Positions 8,449-19,238 of a stretch of DNA of 64,000 nt are shown here, piece after piece. The stretch spans positions 128,001-192,000 of the forward strand of contig JAXMOL010000004.1 of NCBI GenBank assembly GCA_034669905.1, in the 5' to 3' direction. This stretch comes from Candidatus Hydrogenedentota bacterium. Lineage in GTDB: Bacteria; Hydrogenedentota; Hydrogenedentia; Hydrogenedentales; JAEUWI01. The position numbers and the translations under genes were made by a program. The notes beneath the pieces were generated by a model that was given only the letters and a program-made list of their open reading frames with translations, searched no databases and was not told where the DNA came from. Within the stretch, counting starts at the first letter, position 1. Each line of letters starts with the position of its first letter.

Positions 8449-10731
8449 GTGCGCGCGCTGATCTACTGCCAACGGTATTCCATCACCATTGCCCTGATTC
8501 TGAGCTCCGGTTTGGTATTTGCCCAGAATCCCCCGCCCGATAGCGACACGGAGTCGGGAAAGAAAGAGGATGTCACCACCCCCGAAACGCCTCCGGTAGC
8601 CTCCCTGGAAAGCGAGCGGGCCGCCCTCAAAGAAGAACTCGAGTCGGCCCAACGGTCCGTGCGAGAAGAGACGGCGCAACAACTCGGTATCCCATTGGAA
8701 GCCCTCCAGGGCCGGGTCGATCGCATGCGTGCCTTGGACGGTTTGCTTCAGCAGCAAATCGGCACCTTGCAACGTAGTGCCGAGTTAGGCGCGAGCCAGC
8801 AGGATCTGGAGCGGGAAATCGCCACCTTTGAGGAACGCGGTCTCAGTGAGCCGCCCCCCTATAGCCTGGGCTTTGCAGAGGGACTTCAGAATGACGTTAC
8901 CGCAGCAGAGCGCCACCTGGAAAGTCTCGAAACAGAACGGGCCTCCATTGAGCGGGAACGGGAAAGCGCGAAAGAACGGCTGCTGGAGGCCCAACGTGCC
9001 CGACGTGCCGCCAATGAGGCTGCCACGCAAGAGAACGGGCCTGCGAATGCACTGCGACTTACCTGGACACTGAACCGGGCCAAACTCGAGGAACGCTACC
9101 ATCAGGCGGCGGCAGACGGGCGAAAATTCCGGCTGGAAATGGTCAACAAAGAGTTGGAGCTCGCCCGAAAACGTCTTGCCCACCTGCAGAACAAAGCCGA
9201 ATCGGTGCGGATTCATACCAAGTTTCGGCTGGAAGAGCTGGAAGCCCGTCTGGCGGAAGTGTCGGCCAAGCGGGACGCCCTGGAGGCGGCATTGCCGGGA
9301 CTTCGTGCGGCCCATGAGGCCCGAGACAACGAGCGCAGTCTTGCCCGGGCGGCACTGCAGGAGGGCGTCGTCAACGACAGCTTGGAGAGCGAACTGGCCA
9401 TGCGGGGGACCCGGGTAGACACGGCCGCCCGTGCCCTGGAACTGGCCGAGAAGCAACTGCTGCTGCACGATATGGAAAAGCTCTTATGGGAGCGGCGCTA
9501 TGCCGTGTGGCAAGGGGCCAACGATGAGGAATTGAGTCTCTGGAAAGACGAGACGGGGCGCTTTGTAGAAGAAACCCAGCGGGACAGAGAGGTACAGGAG
9601 GGCCGGTTACTCGATCTGCGGGCCAGCATTGGCGAACAGGAAAAAGTGCGTTCTGAATGGGGTGGCGAGCCCGCTGGCCTCACCGCGATTGAACAGCAAA
9701 TCAACAGCCTCCGTGAGCGCGAAGCTATCTTGAACGCCTACCTGGGCGTCTTGTTGCCGCTGGAACGTTTTGCGGAACGCCTCCAGGCTGAGATTGAGCG
9801 GGAGCGCAATCAGGTTTCGTGGGGGGAGCGCTGGGAACGTTTCCAACGGGTCGCCGGGGTGGTCTGGAACTATGAAGTCTTTGCCTACGAGGACGGTGCG
9901 GTCACCGTGCGAAAGCTTATCATCGCTATCCTGGTGCTCACCATCGGCTTCCTCTTCACCGGCCGAATTTGTCGGGCCTTACGTGACCTGCTCATTGCCC
10001 GCACCCGTATCAATGAGAATGCCGCCGCGGCCGTGGAAAAGCTCTTCTACTACCTGGCCATTATCCTGATCCTGCTCTACACGTTGAATCTCGTCAATAT
10101 ACCGCTCACTCTCTTCGCCTTTTTTGGTGGTGCCATCGCCATTGCCGTGGGTTTTGGCGCACAGCACCTCATCAATAATTTTATCAGTGGCTTTATTCTC
10201 ATGCTCGAGCGGCCCATCCGTATTGGCGATCTGGTGGAGGTCGATAGCGTCCATGGCATTATCCAGCACGTGGGCGCACGAAGCACCCGGGTTCTCACGT
10301 CCCAGAATATTCACCTCCTCATCCCCAACAGCAGCCTCTTGGAAAACACGCTGATCAACTGGACCTTGTCGGGTGAAAAGTACTGCACCCGAGTGAACGT
10401 GGGGGTGGCCTATGGCTCGCCCACGGAGAAAGTGGCGGCACTGATACTGGAGGCTTCGGCCAACACCAAAGCCATTCTCGATTCCCCTAAACCCCAGGTC
10501 TTTTTCACAGACTTTGGTGACAATGCCCTGGGCTTTGAAGTCCATGCGTGGATCAAGATGCGCCGTATCATGGACAAGCGCCGCGCCGAAAGCGATTTGC
10601 GGTTTGAAATTGACCGCCTCTTTCGCGAGCACGATATCTGTATTGCCTTCCCCCAACGCGATCTGCATCTGGACACGTCGCGCCCCTTGGAAATCCGAAT
10701 GGTAAGGGACGACGACGAACAGGAGGGCTAG
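8449..10731 (+). CDS. Large MscS-family mechanosensitive channel (MscK/KefA-like architecture)
   Basis: Signal peptide, long coiled coil, then MscS core GFGAQHLINNFISGFILMLERPIRIGD, IPNS, VGVAYGS, IAFPQRDLHL. GGAGG RBS before the GTG at 8449. Confidence 0.9.
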   Translation: MRALIYCQRYSITIALILSSGLVFAQNPPPDSDTESGKKEDVTTPETPPVASLESERAALKEELESAQRSVREETAQQLGIPLEALQGRVDRMRALDGLLQQQIGTLQRSAELGASQQDLEREIATFEERGLSEPPPYSLGFAEGLQNDVTAAERHLESLETERASIERERESAKERLLEAQRARRAANEAATQENGPANALRLTWTLNRAKLEERYHQAAADGRKFRLEMVNKELELARKRLAHLQNKAESVRIHTKFRLEELEARLAEVSAKRDALEAALPGLRAAHEARDNERSLARAALQEGVVNDSLESELAMRGTRVDTAARALELAEKQLLLHDMEKLLWERRYAVWQGANDEELSLWKDETGRFVEETQRDREVQEGRLLDLRASIGEQEKVRSEWGGEPAGLTAIEQQINSLREREAILNAYLGVLLPLERFAERLQAEIERERNQVSWGERWERFQRVAGVVWNYEVFAYEDGAVTVRKLIIAILVLTIGFLFTGRICRALRDLLIARTRINENAAAAVEKLFYYLAIILILLYTLNLVNIPLTLFAFFGGAIAIAVGFGAQHLINNFISGFILMLERPIRIGDLVEVDSVHGIIQHVGARSTRVLTSQNIHLLIPNSSLLENTLINWTLSGEKYCTRVNVGVAYGSPTEKVAALILEASANTKAILDSPKPQVFFTDFGDNALGFEVHAWIKMRRIMDKRRAESDLRFEIDRLFREHDICIAFPQRDLHLDTSRPLEIRMVRDDDEQEG

Positions 10732-10806
10732 GCACCGCCGTGGTGGATACATGTCCAACGTGAGGGGAGACGGGCTCCGCCCTACGACGAGTCAGATTCA
10801 GCATTC

Positions 10807-10830
10807 CGGGCGCTCCACATGGAGCGCCCG
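10807..10830. terminator. Hairpin between the convergent mscS-like gene and lon
   Basis: CGGGCGCTCC-ACAT-GGAGCGCCCG, a perfect 10-bp stem; the U-tract is weak. Confidence 0.55.
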
Positions 10831-10845
10831 AACACCCGGCTCTGC

Positions 10846-13209
10846 TTAGCTTTCGACGCCCAGCGCAATGGCCAGCACTTCGTGCATTTCTGAGACAAAA
10901 TGAATCTTCAGCTTCTTCTGAATATTCTCGGGCACGTCGTCCTCCACCATGGAGCGGCACAACTCCGGCAGGATAACTTCCTTTACCTTGGCACGGGATG
11001 CGGCCAGCACTTTCTCTTTGATGCCGCCCACGGGCAGGACCATACCGCGTAGGGTAATTTCGCCGGTCATGGCCAGGGCACGCTTGACGGGCTTACCGAG
11101 CAAGAGCGAGGTGATGGCCGTCATCATGGCAATACCTGCGCTGGGTCCGTCTTTCGGGGTGGCACCCGCCGGCACGTGGATGTGGAGCTTGTAGTCCGTA
11201 AACGCGTTGGGCTCAATACCGAAGCGCACCGCGTTGCCGTGGAGATAGCTCAATGCGGTCTGGGCCGATTCTTTCATGACATCGCCCAACTGACCGGTAA
11301 GGATGAGTTCCCCCTTGCCCGGCATACGGGTGGCTTCGATGAACAGGATGTCACCGCCTACCGCTGTCCAGGCGAGTCCAACGACCACGCCGGGCATGCG
11401 GGTGCGCTCCACCATGTCATAGTGCACCTTGGGGGCCCCCAGATGCTCGCGAAGGTCATCGATGTTTATCCGGATGGGCTTCTTCCGACGGCTGGCGAAT
11501 TTCCGTGCACAGCCCCGGCAAACATGACCGATCTCCCGCTCCAGGTTTCGTACCCCGGCCTCGCGGGTGTAGTTGGCGATAATGTGGCGTAAGGCGGCGG
11601 GGGATATCTTCAACTGACTCGACTTTATCCCGTGGGCCTCCAACTGGCGGGGCACCAGATAGCGCTTGGCGATCTCGAATTTTTCTTCCTGGGTGTAACC
11701 GGGAATCTCGATGATCTCCATCCGGTCTCGCAGTGCCCAGGGGATGGTGTCGCCCACATTGGCCGTGGCAATAAACATGAACTTGGAAAGGTCAAACGGC
11801 AGGTTGAGATAGTGGTCCGTGAAGGTGCTGTTCTGGGCCGGGTCCAACACCTCCAACAGGGCCGAAGAAGGATCGCCCCGGAAATCGTTGCCGAGCTTAT
11901 CCAGCTCGTCCAGAATGACGACCGGATTCCGGGTTTGCACTTTGCGGGCCATCTCGATAATTCGCCCCGGCATGGCGCCCACATAGGTGCGTCGGTGACC
12001 GCGAATTTCGGCCTCATCCCGAACGCCCCCCAGGGCCATGCGGCCAAACTCCCGTCCGAGGGCCCGGGCTATAGATTTTCCGAGGGACGTCTTGCCGACA
12101 CCCGGAGGCCCAATAAAGCACAGGATGGGACCTTGCGCGTCGGGCTTCAACTTGCGCACCGCCAGATACTCCAGGATGCGCTTTTTTACTTTTTCCAGAC
12201 CGAAGTGATCCTCATCAAGGATGGCCTCCGCCCGCTTGATATCAAGCCGGTCACGGGTGGTCTTATTCCACGGTAGCTCTAAGACCGTATCGAGGTAGGT
12301 GAGGATGACATGATAGTCCGAACTCGATTCATGGAGCCGAGCGAGCCGGTCTACTTCGCGCATCAGTTCTTTTCGGACATCTTCGCTCACGTCCAGGGCT
12401 TCCACCCGCGTGCGATAGCTCTCTGCTTCGCCACCTTCCCCCTCGCCTTCACCCAGTTCCTCCTGAATCGCTTTTAGTTGCTGGCGCAGGAAGAACTCCC
12501 GTTGCCCTTTATCAAAGGCACTCTTGACGTTTTCATGGAGTTTACTGGAGAGCTCCATAATCTCCACTTCCCGCTGCAGCACATACATGAGGCGCGTAAT
12601 GCGTTCCTGCGGTTCGGGCTGGGCGAGGATTTTCTGTTTCTCTTCATTCGAAATAGAGAGATTCCCGGCGACCATATCGGCCAGGTAACTGGGATTCTCC
12701 ACCGATTCGATAATGATCTGGACCCCATCGGGGATATTGGGCGATAGGGCGATCAGCTGGGCCATCTGATTCTTTACCGCAGCGGCCAGCGCCTCGAGCT
12801 TGTCCTTGTTTTTTATGATGTCTTCGATGGGCATGATACGGACGACGGGATAGGGGTCTCTCCGGATGAAGCCATTGATGCGGCAACGTTTCAGCGTCTG
12901 AAGCATGACGTTGATGCCGCCATCGGGACGCTGCTGAACCTGCACCACCCGCGCAATGCAGCCCACGTCATAGATATCCCCCAGGTTGTGATTTTCCACC
13001 TTGGGATCCCGTGCCGCACTCAATACCAACAGCCGTTCGCCATTGTGCACATCGTTGACGAGCCTGAACTCGCTTTCGGTCTCGACAGTAATGGGGATGA
13101 GGGCCAGTGGAAATACCACCTGATCACGAAGCACAATCAGGGGCAGCGCATCGGGAAAATCAACCGGAATCGGTACAGGAAGTCCACTTTGGGCATCAAT
13201 ATCAGCCAC
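10846..13209 (-). CDS. lon: ATP-dependent Lon protease
   Basis: LON N-domain, GPPGVGKTS Walker [15 protein letters not shown] catalytic Ser, GGIKEK. Confidence 0.97.
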   Translation of the reverse strand: MADIDAQSGLPVPIPVDFPDALPLIVLRDQVVFPLALIPITVETESEFRLVNDVHNGERLLVLSAARDPKVENHNLGDIYDVGCIARVVQVQQRPDGGINVMLQTLKRCRINGFIRRDPYPVVRIMPIEDIIKNKDKLEALAAAVKNQMAQLIALSPNIPDGVQIIIESVENPSYLADMVAGNLSISNEEKQKILAQPEPQERITRLMYVLQREVEIMELSSKLHENVKSAFDKGQREFFLRQQLKAIQEELGEGEGEGGEAESYRTRVEALDVSEDVRKELMREVDRLARLHESSSDYHVILTYLDTVLELPWNKTTRDRLDIKRAEAILDEDHFGLEKVKKRILEYLAVRKLKPDAQGPILCFIGPPGVGKTSLGKSIARALGREFGRMALGGVRDEAEIRGHRRTYVGAMPGRIIEMARKVQTRNPVVILDELDKLGNDFRGDPSSALLEVLDPAQNSTFTDHYLNLPFDLSKFMFIATANVGDTIPWALRDRMEIIEIPGYTQEEKFEIAKRYLVPRQLEAHGIKSSQLKISPAALRHIIANYTREAGVRNLEREIGHVCRGCARKFASRRKKPIRINIDDLREHLGAPKVHYDMVERTRMPGVVVGLAWTAVGGDILFIEATRMPGKGELILTGQLGDVMKESAQTALSYLHGNAVRFGIEPNAFTDYKLHIHVPAGATPKDGPSAGIAMMTAITSLLLGKPVKRALAMTGEITLRGMVLPVGGIKEKVLAASRAKVKEVILPELCRSMVEDDVPENIQKKLKIHFVSEMHEVLAIALGVES

Positions 13210-13633
13210 GTCTTGTCAAACCCTTTTGGTTGTTCACCGGGAAAACGAGGGCGGGAGTACGCAACGTCACAGCCCCCGCGCCGTCGTCCTGTCCAATGGT
13301 GTATCCTAGTCACCTACAGTATACCCACCTGAAGGCACTGCATTAAATGGGGGCGGGTTTTCGGTAAAGAACAACACCGTTTATCCAGGGAACAAATCCC
13401 CATTGGACGGAAACACACGGTCACCCCAGTGGGGCGGTGCACCATTTCTTGCAGCGGAATCGTCTTCGAGGTGGCAGTGGCGTTCGAATATGGGTTAGGA
13501 TCAGGCCCGTGAGCCGAATCGCGTAGTACTTGGGAAGACCACATGGGGTCGGACTACCACGCTCACATGCCGTGACAGACCACTGGTGTAGTCTTCCGTT
13601 CGGCTCAAATGCGAATTAATCTCGGAGTATGAC

Positions 13634-16066
13634 ATGATAGAAGACCGGTTTGTAGACCTTATCAGCGAAGCGGCAAGCGCAAAGCCTGCCCAAGTGAAGG
13701 TCGCCATTGAATTGTTCGATAAAGGTGCCACCATCCCCTTTGTGGCGCGCTACCGGAAAGATGCGACCGGTAACCTGGATGAGGTCGCCCTCGAAACCAT
13801 CGAGAACCTCAACACCCAATACATCGCCTTTACGAACCGCCGGGACGCTATCCTGGAAAACGTCGAGAAGCAGGGCAAACTCACGCCTGAACTCAAGGCC
13901 CAGATCCAAGGCTGTAGTGATGCGGTGGTCTTGGAGGACCTTTACCTTCCCTTCAAGAAATCGCGCAAGACCAAGGCCACCATCGCCCGCGAACAGGGAC
14001 TCGAACCCCTCGCGGACCTTATCTGGGCCCAGGAACCAGGTGAGCAGTCCATTGAGGCCATCGCCGCCACGTATGTCAGCGACGAAAAAGGAGTCGCCGA
14101 TCCGGATGCGGCCCTCCAGGGTGCGCGAAACATTTTGGCAGAGCGTATCTCTCAGGATGCCGATTTGCGCCAGAAAGCCCGTGATGTGTTCCACGACGAA
14201 GGCGTGTTGACCACGGCGGCGACAAAGAATACGGAAGAGCAGAAAACGAAGTTCGAAGCCTACTACGATTTCAAAGAACCCATTAAGTCGATGCCGTCCC
14301 ACCGGCTGCTCGCCGTGCTGCGGGGCGTTCGCAAGGGCTTCCTTCGCATGGACCTGGCTGTGGACGACGACGCCTTCCGTAGTGAGATGGCCAGTCGCTA
14401 CTGTAAAGCCGATGGCGGGCCCCTTGCCACACAGATGACACTCGCCATTGAAGACAGCTACAAGCGCCTGATCCAACCGACCATCGAAAACGAAGTCATC
14501 CAGGCCGCCCGCAAGGTGGCCGACGATGCAGCCACCCAGGTCTTTCGCGAGAATGCGGAAAATCTGCTCCTGGCATCCCCGGCAGGCCATAAACCCGTAC
14601 TCGGGGTGGATCCGGGACTCCGGACGGGTTCCAAGCTGGCGGTGATCGATCAGCAGGGCACCTACCAGGAAAGCGCTACCATCTATACGACGGAGCCCAA
14701 GAAGAACGAAGCGGCGGCGGCGGCGACCCTCCTGGACCTTATCAACCGTCACAACGTCGAATTGATTGCTATTGGCAATGGCACGGGCTCCCGGGAAATC
14801 AATCAGTTTATCCGGAATGTACTCAAAGAAAACGACAAGACCGCTATCACCACGGTCTTCGTGAACGAAGCCGGTGCCTCGATCTACTCGGCCTCCGAAG
14901 TGGCCCGCAACGAGTTCCCCGATTTGGATCTCACCATTCGTGGGGCCATCTCCATTGCCCGGCGTTTGCAGGATCCCCTGGCAGAATTGGTCAAGCTCGA
15001 ACCCCGGCACGTTGGCGTGGGCCAGTATCAGCATGATGTCAATCAAAAGCAGCTGCGCGAAGGCCTCAGCAAGACGATCGAATCCTGTGTGAACCGGGTC
15101 GGCGTGGACCTTAACACCGCCTCCGTGGAGTTGTTGCGTTATGTCAGCGGCATTCAGCAGAACACCGCCCAGAACATTGTGAAATTCCGTACGGAGAACG
15201 GACCGTTCCAGAAGCGGACCCAACTGACCGAAGTGTCTGGCGTGGGGGAGAAGACCTTTGAGCAATGCGCCGGGTTCCTTCGCGTACAAAACGGCGTAGA
15301 GCCCCTGGATCAAACAGCCATCCACCCCGAAGCCTATGAAATTGTATCTTCCATGGCCGGGAACCTCGCGGTGGACACCAAGGATTTAATCCGCAATCAG
15401 GAACTTGTCAACAAATTGAAGCTGGAAGAGTTTGCCAACGAAAAGGTCGGCACCCTGGCACTCTCCGATATCAAGCTCGAATTGCTCCGCCCCGGACGGG
15501 ATCCACGGCAGGAGTTTAAGGCGCCCCAGTTTCTCGACGGCATTGACGATGTCAACGACCTGGAAATCGACATGGTTACCGAGGGGGTCGTGACGAATGT
15601 GACCGACTTCGGCGCTTTCGTAGACATCGGGGTTCATCAGGATGGTCTCGTACACCTCTCCGAATTGGCCAACCGCTTTATTAAGGACCCCCACGACGTG
15701 GTGAAGGTCGGCCAGATTGTCCGGGTAAAGGTCATCAAAATCGATGCCGAACTCCGCCGGGTCTCCCTCTCCATGAAGGCCCTTCAATCGCCCCCGAAAG
15801 CCCGAGAGCGCAGCGCCGAAGAAGGGACCAGCAAGGCTCCCGAAAAAGGCAGCGCCCGCCGCAGTCCCGACGCCCAGAAGCCGGAAACCCGTCGCCGGGC
15901 CAAGCCCACCCGCCATGAGGGGGGAAAAGGCCATGCGAAAAAGGGGGGACGTCCCAAGGGCGGCAGCACGGGCGGCGCACGCAAGCCCGCGGCCCCGAAA
16001 GAGAATATGAACACCCTTCTGGCCGATCAACTTGCCGCCCTGAAAGACAAGTTTAACAACAACTAG
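13634..16066 (+). CDS. tex: Tex family transcription accessory protein (YqgF + HhH + S1)
   Basis: ATIPFVARYRKDATG, DPGLRTGSK, IAIGNGT, GVGQYQHD, S1 motif FGAFVDIGVHQDGLVHLSEL. Confidence 0.96.
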   Translation: MIEDRFVDLISEAASAKPAQVKVAIELFDKGATIPFVARYRKDATGNLDEVALETIENLNTQYIAFTNRRDAILENVEKQGKLTPELKAQIQGCSDAVVLEDLYLPFKKSRKTKATIAREQGLEPLADLIWAQEPGEQSIEAIAATYVSDEKGVADPDAALQGARNILAERISQDADLRQKARDVFHDEGVLTTAATKNTEEQKTKFEAYYDFKEPIKSMPSHRLLAVLRGVRKGFLRMDLAVDDDAFRSEMASRYCKADGGPLATQMTLAIEDSYKRLIQPTIENEVIQAARKVADDAATQVFRENAENLLLASPAGHKPVLGVDPGLRTGSKLAVIDQQGTYQESATIYTTEPKKNEAAAAATLLDLINRHNVELIAIGNGTGSREINQFIRNVLKENDKTAITTVFVNEAGASIYSASEVARNEFPDLDLTIRGAISIARRLQDPLAELVKLEPRHVGVGQYQHDVNQKQLREGLSKTIESCVNRVGVDLNTASVELLRYVSGIQQNTAQNIVKFRTENGPFQKRTQLTEVSGVGEKTFEQCAGFLRVQNGVEPLDQTAIHPEAYEIVSSMAGNLAVDTKDLIRNQELVNKLKLEEFANEKVGTLALSDIKLELLRPGRDPRQEFKAPQFLDGIDDVNDLEIDMVTEGVVTNVTDFGAFVDIGVHQDGLVHLSELANRFIKDPHDVVKVGQIVRVKVIKIDAELRRVSLSMKALQSPPKARERSAEEGTSKAPEKGSARRSPDAQKPETRRRAKPTRHEGGKGHAKKGGRPKGGSTGGARKPAAPKENMNTLLADQLAALKDKFNNN

Positions 16067-16109
16067 GCAGGTGGCTCTGGGCGAAACTGCGAATTCTAAG
16101 CCCCAACTC

Positions 16110-16138
16110 TTGACATTCTGAAGCCGGTGTGGTACCTT
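16110..16138 (+). promoter_or_regulatory. Sigma70-type promoter upstream of the dksA-like gene
   Basis: TTGACA-17 bp-TACCTT with an extended -10 TG. A second TG-n-TATAAT lies at 16270-16278. Confidence 0.6.
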
Positions 16139-16339
16139 TCCACAACTTTGTGGATTATTTGCCAGGTTTCCGGACGTTTACGCGCGCACTTCGAATCTCT
16201 GAAGTGCCCATCACGTAAGCACTTACGGTGCCACACCAAGGACACCATTCAGCATGATTCTCACGTTGCTGGTATAATGTGGGCGCGTGAGGCAGGGGGC
16301 TGACCGGCCTCGACCGGATATGCAGGAGATTGACGCAGA

Positions 16340-16708
16340 ATGAATCAACGAGATGTTAAGAAGTTTGAGAAACTACTGCTTGCCGAACGCGATCGGCTGA
16401 CCGGCAGCATCAAGAACATCGAAGATGCCTCTCGGTATGAATCGGGTCGGGACAACAGTGGCGATCTGTCCAGTTACGCCGAGTCAGGTACCGACAATTT
16501 TGAATTGGAAACGGCGCTCAACATTGCCAGCGGCGAGTCCAACTGGCTCAGCGAAGTAACGGAGGCCTTGGGCCGTCTTCATGATGGTACCTACGGCAAG
16601 TGCGAGGGATGTGAAAAAGACATTCCGAAAAAACGTCTCGAAGTTTTTCCTTCGGCGAAATACTGCATCGCGTGCCAGGAAGAGGTAGAAAAACAGAACG
16701 CCTACTAG
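16340..16708 (+). CDS. TraR/DksA C4 zinc-finger protein
   Basis: Coiled coil followed by GTYGKCEGC...IPKKRLEVFPSAKYCIACQ; AGGAG RBS. Confidence 0.92.
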   Translation: MNQRDVKKFEKLLLAERDRLTGSIKNIEDASRYESGRDNSGDLSSYAESGTDNFELETALNIASGESNWLSEVTEALGRLHDGTYGKCEGCEKDIPKKRLEVFPSAKYCIACQEEVEKQNAY

Positions 16709-16736
16709 TGCGACGAAACAGTCTCAGCATTTAACC

Positions 16737-16776
16737 GCGCTTTCCATACACAACAACGGATGGAAAGCGCTTTTTT
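16737..16776 (+). terminator. Intrinsic terminator
   Basis: GCGCTTTCCAT...ATGGAAAGCGC 11-bp stem followed by T6. Confidence 0.8.
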
Positions 16777-16859
16777 CACCATTACTCGTTTCCACGTGGC
16801 GTGGTCCTGTACCCCTTATGCAGGGGACATACCCCGCGAATGCAAGGCAGGTTCTTTTC

Positions 16860-17723
16860 ATGTATCCCACCATTCTTGAGCTGGGGCCCATTACCCTCCA
16901 TTCCTATGGCCTGATGATAGCCATCGGATTTATTATTATCCTCTATTTCATGCAGCGGGACGCCCGCCGGGTTAACGTAGAGCCCCAGGCTATCGGCGAT
17001 ATGGCCTTCTGGACCCTGATTATCGGCGTCGCTTCCACGCGCTTGCTCCATATCATCATGTTCCCCCAGCACTACTCGTGGGATGATCCGATCGGATGGA
17101 TAGATGTGCGGCGCGGGGGGCTCGTCTTTCAGGGCGCCATACCAACGGCCGTCGGTTACGTTGTCTGGTCCCTGCGACGGCGTAAGATCTCCTTCCGCAC
17201 CGTGTGCGATGTGGTCATGCCCTATGTGCCGGTCGGCCAGGCCTTCGGACGAATCGGCTGCTTTCTGAAAGGGTGTTGCCACGGTGATCGGGCCGATGAG
17301 CTCTTGTGGGGCATCCGCTTTCCGGTGGATAGTCCTGCCTATGTGGCTCACCACCAACGCTATCCCGCGTTTCCAGCCGACGCCACCTGGTCCTATCCCG
17401 TCCACCCGACCCAGCTCTACAGCGTGGGCCTTCTTCTGGGCATGTGTGCGCTACTCTTGCTACTCCGCAAACGTCGCCCCTTTGAAGGGGTAACCTTCCC
17501 CATGTACTTTGTCCTCTATGGCATCTGCCGTTTTATCGTGGAGATTTATCGAGGGGACGGCAATCCTGTCCACACCATCGTCGGCATAGATTTCTCCTCC
17601 CAACAATTATTCTGTCTTGTCATGATCGTTTTTGGAATTGGGATGTGGTTCTATTTCCGTCAAACGCGTGACAATAATGCCGATCACCGCTTTCCCGATG
17701 GGATGGGAAGTAGCGACGGGTAA
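16860..17723 (+). CDS. lgt: Prolipoprotein diacylglyceryl transferase
   Basis: MYP...SYGLM, GGLVFQGA, GQAFGRIGCF..GCC.G, HPTQLY, RFIVE.YRGD. Confidence 0.93.
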   Translation: MYPTILELGPITLHSYGLMIAIGFIIILYFMQRDARRVNVEPQAIGDMAFWTLIIGVASTRLLHIIMFPQHYSWDDPIGWIDVRRGGLVFQGAIPTAVGYVVWSLRRRKISFRTVCDVVMPYVPVGQAFGRIGCFLKGCCHGDRADELLWGIRFPVDSPAYVAHHQRYPAFPADATWSYPVHPTQLYSVGLLLGMCALLLLLRKRRPFEGVTFPMYFVLYGICRFIVEIYRGDGNPVHTIVGIDFSSQQLFCLVMIVFGIGMWFYFRQTRDNNADHRFPDGMGSSDG

Positions 17724-17802
17724 AGGCTTGGTCTAACCCGCCGGTTCCGGTATACTGTTTTCCCGGTAAGTGCTGGCAAGCCTCACAACCCTGGGAGTCC
17801 CT

Positions 17803-18705
17803 ATGTGGCGCTTTGTGCATGTGACTGATCCGCATCTCGCGAGCAAGCGAGACGGAATATGGAACAATCGCTTCCTCTGTACCATGATGCCTGAGGTTAT
17901 GGCGTGCCTGAAACGCGATCTGGCAGCGTTGGATCCTGCGTTCATCCTCCTGACGGGGGATATCGTGAGTGCACAGACCCGTGAGGCCATGTTGGAGGCC
18001 CGGGACGAGGTAGAGCGTCTGGGGATACCCTATTATCCGATGGGTGGGAACCACGACTTCGTGTTGCGAGAATCCCGGGAGTGGTTTCTGGAGGCCTTTC
18101 AACATCGCCTCCCGAGACCGTGCACTTACTACTCCTACACCCACGAAAACCTTCACTTCTGTGTCCTCGACGCCTGGTGGATGTGGTCGGACGGGGCGCT
18201 GAGTGAAATCAGTGAAGCCTCCGTGGCACGGGACCTGGATACCTCCTTGGAGGGAGCACGGTGGGCCGTACCGCCCCATGTGCTGGATTGGCTGGAGAAG
18301 GACCTCTGCGCCCACCCTGATCTCGCCACCGTTATCGCCGTCCACTACCCGGCCGTTCCTATTCCGCAACGGTTGCATACGTCGGACTTTAACAATGGGG
18401 GGTGCCTGGAGAATGGAGGACTGCTCCTGGAATGTCTCCGCAGCCACCCCCAGGTGAAGGCGATATTTTCCGGCCATGTCCATATGCACTTTGCAGAGGA
18501 ACTGAACGGCATAACCCAGATAGTCACGGGAGCCTTGCCAGAGTTCCCCACGGAGTATCGCGACGTGCAGGTCTACGATGACCGCATGGAAATCAAGACC
18601 CTCGGGTTAAGCAATCCAGATTTCGCCCGACGCTCACTCATCGCCGGGAAGAGCTGGACGGCCGGCGGCCCCCAGGACCGGGAAGTGATCATTCCACTCC
18701 GTTAG
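17803..18705 (+). CDS. Calcineurin-like metallophosphoesterase (Icc/CpdA-like)
   Basis: Metal motifs TDPH, TGD, GNHD, HYP and SGHVH. Confidence 0.9.
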   Translation: MWRFVHVTDPHLASKRDGIWNNRFLCTMMPEVMACLKRDLAALDPAFILLTGDIVSAQTREAMLEARDEVERLGIPYYPMGGNHDFVLRESREWFLEAFQHRLPRPCTYYSYTHENLHFCVLDAWWMWSDGALSEISEASVARDLDTSLEGARWAVPPHVLDWLEKDLCAHPDLATVIAVHYPAVPIPQRLHTSDFNNGGCLENGGLLLECLRSHPQVKAIFSGHVHMHFAEELNGITQIVTGALPEFPTEYRDVQVYDDRMEIKTLGLSNPDFARRSLIAGKSWTAGGPQDREVIIPLR

Positions 18706-18738
18706 GCTCCGGGGCACGGGGATATAGAAGGAGGGGGG

Positions 18739-19236
18739 CTAGGTGCCCGCCGGGGCGTCATCCGCCACGGAAAGGGAGAGCACCAGCACCAGCTCGCGAT
18801 CTTCCTTCAGCTTCAGGCCACGGACCAACACCTGTTTGTCCGGACGGAGCAATAATTCCGTAGAGAGGGCTTCGATCTCCTTGGCCGGTGTCTCTTTCGA
18901 CAGGGTCAGGATGCGGAGACGCACCCGATGCCGACCGTCTGAACCGGCAACCGGCGCACTCATTTCCAGGGTATAATTGCTCGTCAGCGCGATCCGCGTA
19001 ATGCCGGACTCTTTCAGAGGATGAATCCCGGTGCTGACGTTCCGATAGGTATCGTGGGGGAGGGAGGACAGGACGCGATGTATCGCTTCCAGCCCCTTGT
19101 CATAGTGGGTGGTATCCCGGTCTTCGGTACGGGCTTCCACCACCCAGAGCTTCAATTCTGAACGTGCCGCCCCATGGGCCGTGGACCACGGCAGGGTCAG
19201 CGCTACAAAGAGGGCAACCGAGAGGGTTCGAAACAT
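18739..19236 (-). CDS. Hypothetical secreted protein in the ECF operon
   Basis: Signal peptide ending in AHG-A; starts 2 nt after the anti-sigma stop. Confidence 0.7.
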   Translation of the reverse strand: MFRTLSVALFVALTLPWSTAHGAARSELKLWVVEARTEDRDTTHYDKGLEAIHRVLSSLPHDTYRNVSTGIHPLKESGITRIALTSNYTLEMSAPVAGSDGRHRVRLRILTLSKETPAKEIEALSTELLLRPDKQVLVRGLKLKEDRELVLVLSLSVADDAPAGT

Positions 19237-19238
19237 TA

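Noticed and set aside
13210..13633. CIRCE heat-shock operator upstream of lon
   Set aside because: No TTAGCACTC-N9-GAGTGCTAA match was seen.
13616..15325. Long antisense ORFs (also 29003-30961, 21006-22325, 44286-45656, 50382-51698, 51766-53169, 58927-60297)
   Set aside because: They are shadows of well-supported genes on the opposite strand, expected from GC-rich codon bias, and have no recognisable motifs.
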